In this document: one piece after another, positions 53,500-63,530 of the stretch | Position numbering within the stretch: the stretch's first letter is position 1 | How the letters are laid out: each line of letters opens with the position of its first letter | NCBI RefSeq assembly: GCF_001194135.2 | Contig: NC_068992.1 | Location: forward strand, 6,123,151 to 6,186,680 | Direction: 5' to 3' | DNA: 63,530 nt | Origin: Octopus bimaculoides | Lineage: Eukaryota | The notes under the pieces: generated by a model | Seen by the model: the letters and a program-made list of their open reading frames with translations, nothing else | Database searches by the model: none | Told to the model about the DNA's origin: nothing | Translations under genes and position numbers: made by a program

Positions 53500-54342
53500 T
53501 GGAGGTCTTCTATTAGCTTATTCTTTAGCATCGTAACCACCGTATTAGATGTTTCTTTTCTTCATATATAATACAACCGCATTTTGGGTACAATTACATT
53601 GGTCGAAATTCAATTTCACGATTTACAGTGAACAAAACTACGAGATTTTTTCTAGGGATAATCTACATATTTATCAACACTTCGTGTAAGCATAGAGTCA
53701 TTTCTTGCATATACCCCCGGCCAATGTTCAGATTACTTGAGTAAGTTATTTAAACTGACATATTAAATACATTCGTATTGCATTGGCAGCGCAATAGCCG
53801 AAAATTGTATGGGAAGCTTCTAACATGTAAATGATAGGCTAGCATAAAGAATTCTTCCCAAAAGAATATTTTATTCACAGGACAATCAATCAATCAATAC
53901 ACTCATACACCGACAGAAATATATACATACTTACATACATTCGCAAATACGTATACATATGTGTGTACGTGTATGCATGTCTCTACGTGTGTATATATAA
54001 ACATACGCACATACACACATACATACATAAATACATATACATACACACACACACACATACATGCGTTTACATACGTACAAACGTACTCGCTTCAACGAAA
54101 GAAGACAAGTTCGCAGGCTTGAGAAACGTAGAGCGTAAAAGATTATAAAATATCTGCCCAAATTGGTAGCGGTGGGAGTAAATAGAATGGAAAAGTCAAG
54201 ATTAGGTAAAAGAAAAATGCACAGGTGCGGTGCTGAATTGCTTGAGATGGTGAAGGCGGCGTGTCTTCAGGTCTAACCTCTAGGACTTCAGCGAAAGAAT
54301 GTATATTAATCAAATACTCCTGATGTCCGTGCTAATATACCG

Positions 54343-54390
<48 letters not shown>

Positions 54391-54392
<2 letters not shown>

Positions 54393-55072
54393 CTCTGGCT
54401 GCCCAGTCCTGGCTAAGAAGGAATATATTCACAGACACGACAGAGCTGGGACCTATATACACTGGAAGCTNNNNNNNNNNNNNNNNNNNNNNNNNNNNNN
54501 NNNNNNNNNNNNNNNNNNNNNNNNNNNNNNNNNNNNNNNNNNNNNNNNNNNNNNNNNNNNNNNNNNNNNNNNNNNNNNNNNNNNNNNNNNNNNNNNNNNN
54601 NNNNNNNNNNNNNNNNNNNNNNNNNNNNNNNNNNNNNNNNNNNNNNNNNNNNNNNNNNNNNNNNNNNNNNNNNNNNNNNNNNNNNNNNNNNNNNNNNNNN
54701 NNNNNNNNNNNNNNNNNNNNNNNNNNNNNNNNNNNNNNNNNNNNNNNNNNNNNNNNNNNNNNNNNNNNNNNNNNNNNNNNNNNNNNNNNNNNNNNNNNNN
54801 NNNNNNNNNNNNNNNNNNNNNNNNNNNNNNNNNNNNNNNNNNNNNNNNNNNNNNNNNNNNNNNNNNNNNNNNNNNNNNNNNNNNNNNNNNNNNNNNNNNN
54901 NNNNNNNNNNNNNNNNNNNNNNNNNNNNNNNNNNNNNNNNNNNNNNNNNNNNNNNNNNNNNNNNNNNNNNNACAGTAAACATAAGAGCACCACAGCAAAC
55001 CACAGCACATACCCAAAACGCACAGAGCTGCGCTCGGTAGTGAAGTGAAAGCACGTTATAAAAATAAAACTA

Positions 55073-55075
<3 letters not shown>
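54391..55075 (+). mobile_element. 5'-truncated R4/Dong-like (RLE) non-LTR retrotransposon inserted in (TAA)n
   Basis: ISGCPVLAKKEYIHRHDRAGTYIHWKL (end of the CCHC knuckle plus the RH motif of RLE elements), then a gap, stop at 54976-54978, a short 3' UTR with AATAAA, and (TAA)n on both flanks. Confidence 0.85.
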
Positions 55076-55109
<34 letters not shown>

Positions 55110-57026
55110 TATGGGGGAGGGAAATATTTCTGCGAGATATATGTGTGTCAATCTGCAGATATATCCTGAATGGAGAATTTGAAAGCAACCTACGACGGTT
55201 CTGACATGCATTAAGTGGTTCATTCAAAACCAAAATAGCAGAATTCAATTCATATCAAGAAAATAATGGGGGAGAAGTGGTGCACAAATGCATTTCTGGT
55301 GTTCTGTCAAATGTTACCATTCACAATAACCGGAGATACCTCCAGCCAAAAATATATCCTTATTATAGCTAGGACTGTACCTGAAAGTGCCCATTATATT
55401 CAGAGCCAGAACATATTTAGTCTCTCATTCAATATTGCTCTCAAATGTGTGACGTTACAATAGATACCTGCCAAACCATCGTGGGTCGCATCCAATGAAT
55501 GGGTCTAAATCTCTTACTAACCAGCCACGGCCTTTCATTAAGAGACTTGTAGTTTGCTCTACTGAAATGATTTTGGTTTCTCGGAGTTTCTCGTCTCTAT
55601 TCTGGTCGTTTCTCGTCTCTATTCAAGCCTCACACATCTTTTCATCTCGCATGAAGCATGTAGCGTTCCTCCTTCGAAAATCCGTTCAGACTAATTTGCA
55701 TAATAATTCTACCGGAAAAATCATCTTTCTTTTCGTCCGTTTCATGCATTCGATTAAGCAGGACAGTAACGTGATAGTCTCACATTTCTGGTTGGACTTG
55801 TGAAGGACAGGCATCTTTTACCTGTTCTTAAACCCAGAAAATAGAATAAGAATGAATTTATCTGAACTTGCTCAATAAATTCCGAAAGGGAATATACTGG
55901 CATACAAACAAATATACTTATGTTCAGATATATTTAAATGCGTACATTCATTTATACATTCAAACATACACGAATTCAAACATATACATGTGCATATACT
56001 ATAATATACATATTACAGTGAAACACATCAAAAGCATCATTCAATGCATGTTGAAACGTGATATTTATTGTTGAACTGATGAATATGTTGCATTATCGTT
56101 GTCTTGGTTTTCTCTCTCAATAACCATTGCAAATGATCAGCCTTCAACAGGAGACAAACAATGATGGCGATCAGAATGTTAATTTTGATTATGTGCAGCT
56201 TCATCGCTATTACGAGGTACTTCTCTGTTTATTTGCATGAAGAGTTTACAGTTTACAGTAAAATTATTCAATGGCTTCTGTACATTGCAGACTAAAATTC
56301 ATAATTTATGGCCGCTTGAGATAAGTAACTTCCTCGAAATTTAATATCTTCTTCCCTGATCATACAACCTTCTCTCGCTGGTACGACAGGCACCATGAAT
56401 AAACAGGAATAAACTTCTAAGATGTTTCACATCATAGGAGACCCACTATCAATAAGTACATGAGTTAGTGTGTTGCCACTATACATAGATCTGTATTTCT
56501 CTTCTCAATAACATTTCTCATCAAAGTAGTTAAACAGTGCAGCAAAATGTTCTACTTTTCTTCATTTTCTCCACAGCATCACCACCACCACCACCACCCG
56601 CTGCAACTTCAAACAACACCAACGCCACCACCATCGTTACCAGCAGAGCTACCTTTCAAAGTAATTTCCAAAATCATTCAAATCAAAGAAATTTCAACGA
56701 TTACAATCATGTTAGAGGTGAAGTCGTAATTGCTGTTAAATTACTTCTTCTCACTGGTTTAGAATAGTGAATGAGGGGAGAATGAACAATAAAACGAGAA
56801 CTAATGTTTCAACACAGTGGCGTTTATTCGAATAGTTGGTAGGTAAAATAATCACCTCGTGACAGACCAATCGTAAACGTACTACAACGACACCCCTGAT
56901 AACTTATCACATTGTATACGCCAATCTTCTGACAATAGGAATACATAATCGAGGTTTGTATATACTATACATGCACATATGTGTGTGCCTTTATCTGTGT
57001 ATGTATGTAACATATATGTATGTTTG

Positions 57027-57128
<102 letters not shown>

Positions 57129-57320
57129 TGTGTTTGTCCGGAAAGTTTTCAGCGTTTTTAACATATATTTCTCAACGCTTCATTGAATACACATGAAACG
57201 TAACACAGTTAAAACTTTGGTGTTGCTTGAAGTGGTAATGCATCTTTTCTTTTCTTTTTTTTTTTCGTGACTAAAAATAGATTTATCTTTCATTCCGGTT
57301 ACCCTTTATTGTCATTTGAA

Positions 57321-57750
57321 ATGGATAACCAAAAATTTCATATTCGCGTTATAATGCTTTTCTTTATTAAAAAAAAATGTGAAAATGTTACAACGACTTG
57401 CAAAAACATTTGTGAAATGTATGAGGATGATGAATCAACTGTTCAAAGGTTGTTTGCAAAATTTTAGGCTGGAAAATTTAGCTTGGACGATGAGAGTCGT
57501 ACTGGAAGAGCTTCAAAATTGGATGAAGATGTTTTGAATGCAAACATCGAAGAAAATTCAAATATCACGACTGGACGGCTCACGGAACACCTAGTGAAGG
57601 TAGGATACATTTCTCGCTATAAAGTATGGGTCCCTCACAAACGCTGAGAAAATAATTGCTTGGACCGGTCTTACGTTTATGATATGCTTTTGAAACGGAA
57701 TGAAAGCTTTTTTGAAACGACTTGTGACTGGACATAAAAAAATGGATTGT
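57321..57750 (+). pseudogene. Mariner (DD34D-family) transposase N-terminal fossil
   Basis: MDNQKFHIRVIMLFF..F*AGKFSLDDESRTGR..GYISRYKVWVPHK (WVPHEL motif)..FLKRLVTGHKK/WI, with stops, a deletion and frameshifts. Confidence 0.9.
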
Positions 57751-60690
57751 GTCCTAAAGCCTAATGTGCTTCTAACACGACCTTCATATAGTTGACAGCC
57801 AAATGAATGGAGGCGTAATGGAGATATGGTACATAAATGGGAACATTCCGGAAATGGCTGCAATAGGAGATGGCAAAGGGGAAGTGAACTGTTGAAGTGT
57901 GGCCCAAGGAAAAGTGTTGACACTGGATTGCTAACGCGGAATGACACACACTCTATGAGATATATACACACTTTACACTTACACACATGCACTCACAGAC
58001 AGATACACAGTTATATACAACATGTGATATCGTTGTCGTCGTGGTATAAAATGTACTGTTGCCAACAGAAAGATTATCTCTATGAAATGTTATGTTGTTT
58101 TAATCGATATGAAAATAAAATTTTGTATTGACATAAACGAGCACTCACATACATATAGTGTGTTTAATAGCGTACCTAACACGGAAAGACACCCACGCTG
58201 TGTGACATATACACATTCATACACACACACACACACAAACACATATATATATATACTTGTGTGTATGAATATATATACGTATACACACATACATATGTGT
58301 GTGTGTGTGTGTGTGTGTGTGTATGAATTTATGCAGATATACACGTACATATATATGCATGAGTGCGTATCGGCATTTAGATATGCATTTTTATACGTAT
58401 GTATATATGTACGTGTGTGTATGGCAATATTCATGAATGTTGTTTAATGTATAATTTGATGTGTTGAGCTGTGCTACTTGAGGTCTACGTGGAATTTCGT
58501 ATCACCTTTAATACATATCGATAAAAATCGGTGAGACTGAAATACGTACTGGGAAAATATTATCGACTAAAACCGTTGATGATGATGCCTCAGCTCTACG
58601 AGCAGTCTATCGAGTAAAACCGGCAGAGCAATACAATAATATATGGTCTTCCCCTCCCTTAGCCTGTATTCTTCTGTGCCTATTTAATTTATTCCTTCTT
58701 AAATAACCTCCCTTTTATCTTCTAATATATATTACACTATCAAGCACTTCTGTCATATTTCTATCCTCTGCACTCTCGTTTCCTTTTCTATTCTAACTTA
58801 CTGTGTAAACCTTATCTTACTCTATTATTAACTTGCCTCTATTCCAATCTTTGTTTTCATGTTCAATTATTTTCCTTTTCTATTTCTCCATCTCATTCAC
58901 TGAATATTCTTTCCTCCCTATAAACACGTTGAATTCATTGATTCAACTTCTCGAGTCTACTTTATCTTCTGCGTTCCGCTTTCTCCCTTGCTTCTTTTAT
59001 CTGTTCAATGAGATTTAGCAACCCTGTCTTTCTGTCAAATTGCATGTTCACCTTGATTAATAAATATGATCAATTGTACCATTTCCGCTTCCAAGAAAAT
59101 GAAATTATTGCATGCGGAAACTGATATTACAAGGGCAACGTATCCCTGCCATTGTCGTATTATGCATCTATTCTATTTCTTAATGCTTACACCAGAGTAA
59201 ACTAAAGAAGGAGTTTCTAGGTGGCCACACAACTTGTCAAAATTAGAAAACTACGAGACCTCAAGGCAGGTATTATAGTCTTTAAAATGATTTTTTTTAA
59301 ATTGGATTTCGTTGACCGGACTTCTCTATGTCTGAAACTACACTGGATTGTTTGAAATACTTACAGTAATAGTGATTAGAATTATGTCACATGAACAACT
59401 GCTGCAACAAATAAATAACCTTCAGCTTACCAGATTACATGTGTAGCAGAGGATGGACAAGAAACTAAACAATGTTATTCAGCACTAATTAAACGACAAT
59501 AGATTTTCATTGATGTAAATGAAGTGCGCAACATCTCTACGATAAACGCTATTCATGTACTATCACAGTGTTGATATTAAACCCGTGGTTTAAAAAATAG
59601 GAAATCCATAACGCTGAGATTTACAGGACAGCAAGCGATCTGCACAGTGAAGATGTATGTAAGATTGTTCCTTCCTGAAAAGTGCTTACGAGATGCGAGC
59701 ACTGGTAGTTCACATGGGTTTTGCAGATTCTTCGATCTCATGCGAATTGGAAATCGTGTTTGTTGTCTTGAATTTGTGTAACAAGATTACACTTACTTTT
59801 GAATAGACAGAATAAGATTAAAAATAAACAAAAAAACTTGGAAGATATTGTATTTCCCATCAACAGCCAGTTATATTGTCAGGAATCTGCAATCTTAAGC
59901 AGTCCTGCTGAATGGAGACTTGATGTCTGTGCGCTTCTGCATTATCGTAGATTTCTATGCTGTTATCTTAGCATGCGTACACACCTTCGTTATTCTAGCG
60001 CTGAGAATAATATAGAAGGCTCATAATTTGTATTCCTATCCTTTCCACTGTGGGTAGCACACATGGAAATCTTCCTGCTTGGATACATTATCTCCGAGAA
60101 GGGACGATGAAGAACACTTCTTCTTGACAAAAGCTTTGGATCACATGCAAATTAGAAAATGAACAACAATGTCTCATACCTGTGCTACACAACAAATTTG
60201 ATATTTTTCATTTCCATCAATTTATTAAAAAAACACGGAAGTAAGCATATAACTTCCTGTCTTCTTTCGTATAAGATAGACTACGGACTAGTGTGAGGTA
60301 CGAGCAATCTTATAAACACCTACGAGATGATCACTATTCTGTTTTGTACCTTTATGGATCTTACGTCAAAGAGAACTGTTATGAAATATATAAACCAGAC
60401 TGCAGACTGGCTATTCTGTCCAATCTTTTGAAAGGACCTAAGCGGAAGAATTACTCTAAATTTGGATTGTGGTGAACGAACCACAAAAGAAAAGTGCAGT
60501 TGAATAAAAAAAAAATGCAACTGTCTTTTCATCTCGGAGTATCTGGGATGCAATTAACGAATAACTTTCCAGTCGAACTTTGATTGCCTTACTCGATTGG
60601 TACTTATTTTATTAATGCATTCGGAATATATACATAATTATAACAGCATCAGCAACTGCAGCAACAATTAGATTGACTACAGCAACAATT

Positions 60691-60856
60691 AGTCGATTAG
60701 ATTGACCCCAGTACGTGACTGGAACTTAATTTATTGACCCCGAAAGGATGAAAATTAAGGTCGACCTCGCCGGAATTTGAACTCAGAACGTAAAGACAGA
60801 CGAAATACCACTAAACATTTCGCCCGGCGTGCTGACGTTTCTGCCAACTCGCCGCC
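60691..60856 (-). mobile_element. tRNA-derived SINE family B
   Basis: The minus strand reads GGCGGCGAGTTGGCAGAAACGTCAGCACGCCGGGCGAAATG..TTCTGAGTTCAAATTCCGGCGAGGTCGAC. Confidence 0.9.
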
Positions 60857-61579
60857 AGATGGAAATATACATTTGATGTTGAAAACATACAATGTAGTTA
60901 GTGTCTCATGTGTTACCCTCGTGATGTACGTTGTAGCTAAACGTGCTCGTTTTGCCTCTGAAATACTGGCAGACAGGTATAATTTGAAGTGCATATTCTA
61001 TATATATATATTTCTTTAATTACTAGCAGCGTTAACAGAGGACAGAGCTTAGCTCATCACTTTTATTGCTAACATTAAATATTTTCCAAATATTTTTATA
61101 TGCTAAACTATGATGCTGTTGTTGCTGCTGCTGCTAACAGATTTAGTAATTAATCACATTAGTGCTCTTGTGTACGCTACAATTCAATTTGTGCGATTTG
61201 TACACATAACACGTAACGTATACAATGATTACATAATGACATTATGCGACTCACACAATACATTTTATGGATTCACCGTAAAACATTATAAGATAACACA
61301 ACACATAGATAACACAATCATCTCTCAATAATATATCACAGCACACACCATTATATAATCGACGCTAGACACGCTTACATGACATCTGACCATCAACCTG
61401 GTTTTTACATCGGTACTGGTGTCTTTTACGTTGAACATTCCAATTCTAGCGAGGATTTGTTCACGGTTGTATTTATGACGCAGAGATTAAGCTTATCTCT
61501 TCACACAACTTTAGTCTTAATACAACAGATGTACTTAATGTAATATTTGTCCCAAATCGTCTGACGATTCGGCTGGAGC

Positions 61580-61780
61580 AAGCAGTAATGGTATTTCTGT
61601 AGGAAGAGAAAAATCCATGTTTTTAGGGAAACAGAATATTTTGTTTTACTTGTATCAAAATGGATTGAAGGGTTTTCGACAGAAATTCCCAGGCAGCTCA
61701 ACAATGCTCTTTATAGTATCTTGGCCATTGAAGATTATATATTCATCAATTGGCGTTCCCTCTTCTCATATGTTGCAAAA
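61580..61780 (-). pseudogene. Decayed LINE RT N-terminal remnant
   Basis: NI*EEG, LLSCLGI, KTLQSILI and NILFP*KHGF resemble IWEEG..SLLS..GKILARIL..ILPESQCGF. Confidence 0.4.
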
Positions 61781-61786
61781 TTCTAG

Positions 61787-61872
61787 AAGAAGAAGAAGAA
61801 GAAGAAGAAGAAGAAGAAGAAGAAGAAGAAGAAGAAGAAGAAGAAGAAGAAGAAGAAGAAGAAGAAGAAGAA
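61787..61872. repeat. (GAA)n microsatellite
   Basis: Directly visible perfect run. Confidence 0.97.
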
Positions 61873-62730
61873 GGCGTCCATCGTTACTAATATGATTTGC
61901 TTACTGGAAAGAAACGTTGTTGTAACATCATATGCAGTAAAAAAGTACAACACATGACTTAGAAAGAAAACATATTAATGATATTGTTATTAAGACTTAA
62001 AAGAGATCTCTTTCTGTTTGTTTACATTTTTATTTTTTGGGGGTGTTTTTTGGGGGGATGAGCGGCAGTAAATTTAAATGACAAGCAAATATCAAAGTGT
62101 TGTTTATAACACAATATAGCTTTATTTTCTTCGACTGATTAATATATGAAATCATGCGTAACAGAAGAATTGTTACTAAATCTTGTTACTGAATTTGAGA
62201 TTCAAAATTTGAAATGTTAAGATTAGAATCATATTCTAAGTAGCCAATAGTTGATTGGTTTCTTTGAGGTCACGAAATGTCATAAGAAAACATATAAAAA
62301 TAAAACCCACAATTCTAATATGTTTGTCCATCAATGGCTAATCTAAAATATACATCAAAGCAAAAAAACAGACAAACACTCTCTTTTTGAGGTTTGATAT
62401 ATTTTTCGAAGCAAAACTAATCTAAGAATAATCTGTGCTTGCATTGGTTTGTTGTTTTTGAGTTGTTCCTTTGGCTTTCGTTACTATTATTGTTATTGCA
62501 GATGATGCGATGGTGTTGGTTCCGGCGATGACGGTTGCGGTGGTATGCTTTCTCGTGGTGGAAATAATGGGAAAAGAACGGATACTTTACTGTGGTATGT
62601 TCATTTTGTGGAGATATATGTGTATGTGCGCATGTGTGTGGGTCTGTGTGTGTATGTATGTGTGTGTGAGTGTGTGTGATGTGTGATGTGTATATGTGAG
62701 TTTATGTGTGTGTGTATTTTTTGTTACTAA

Positions 62731-62774
<44 letters not shown>

Positions 62775-63257
62775 TTCTAATTGCTTTAAAGCAGAACATA
62801 GAGACTAGACATTGGAAATTAGAGGTATCAAGTAGCAACAATTACTAAATAATATTTTTCTTTTTATTTTAGCAAACAATAACTTGTTGGACAAAGATGT
62901 AAGAGATAAGTGAGATGGTATTTCTGAAAGAATGATAGAATGAAAGAATGGACGAATGAAAGATTTAAAGTATCAAAGATATAAACAAATTGAACGTCAG
63001 TTGGAAGCCAAACAAAAAGTATTTGCCATCAATAATCAAATGAAACCCTTCAAGATTTGGCTTTTTTCCAACTATTGAACTCTGAGATTTGTCATTTTAC
63101 TAACAAAAACAGTGGCACTCGCTAGAAATATTCTAAGACATAGTTCTATTGTTAAATATTCATTCATCAACATGTGAGCTCTGACAAAACGAAACAAAAA
63201 CAAACATTGGAAACAAAAACAGGAAATATGATAATCACGATAACAATAACATGCTCA

Positions 63258-63284
63258 GCAGCAACAACAACAACAACAACAACG

Positions 63285-63369
<85 letters not shown>

Positions 63370-63530
63370 GAGGAGGTGGAGGAGAAGGTATGTTAATATT
63401 GAGAGAAACGATACTAATAACAATAGTAACAATTGTGCATTCAATCATAATAATGCACAGAATAATAGCAAAGAAGAAGAAGAAGAAGAAGAAGAAGAAG
63501 AAGAAGAAGAAGAAGAAGAAGAAGAAGAAG
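63258..63530. repeat. (CAA)n/(TAA)n tract and terminal (GAA)n
   Basis: Directly visible; the GAA run continues to the window end. Confidence 0.95.

Noticed and set aside
57780-57945. Possible LINE C-terminal remnant after the mariner fossil
   Set aside because: Only faint resemblance (CGPRKS versus GRPRKT); too weak to call.
61555-61569. AATCGTC-T-GACGATT palindrome
   Set aside because: A 7-bp arm is expected by chance in 63 kb, and it has no supporting context.

Overview
This is eukaryotic, strongly AT-rich DNA from a gapped short-read scaffold, with 16 N-runs; 15 of them touch a simple repeat on at least one side. The tRNA-derived SINE families and the microsatellite load match what I recall of coleoid cephalopods, most likely Octopus. 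That is recall, not a database result. I find no recognisable host protein-coding gene. The ORFs in the supplied track are microsatellite or low-complexity translations, N-gap read-throughs, short unrecognisable frames, or pieces of dead transposons. The window looks intergenic or deep-intronic. It holds at least three SINE families and transposase fossils: Tc1 DD34E, mariner, a maT/rosa-like piece and two hAT types. It also holds several RTE-like LINE RT remnants and an R4/Dong-like RLE retrotransposon inserted in a (TAA)n tract. The most notable signals are minimal type I hammerhead ribozyme motifs in Penelope-like terminal repeats (one in a fold-back element at ~40.1-40.4 kb, another at ~20.7 kb) and a near-perfect 26-bp hairpin made from two inverted SINE heads at 44.15 kb. 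There is also an Illumina adapter remnant at a contig edge and one splice-competent 102-nt exon candidate at 43.6 kb.
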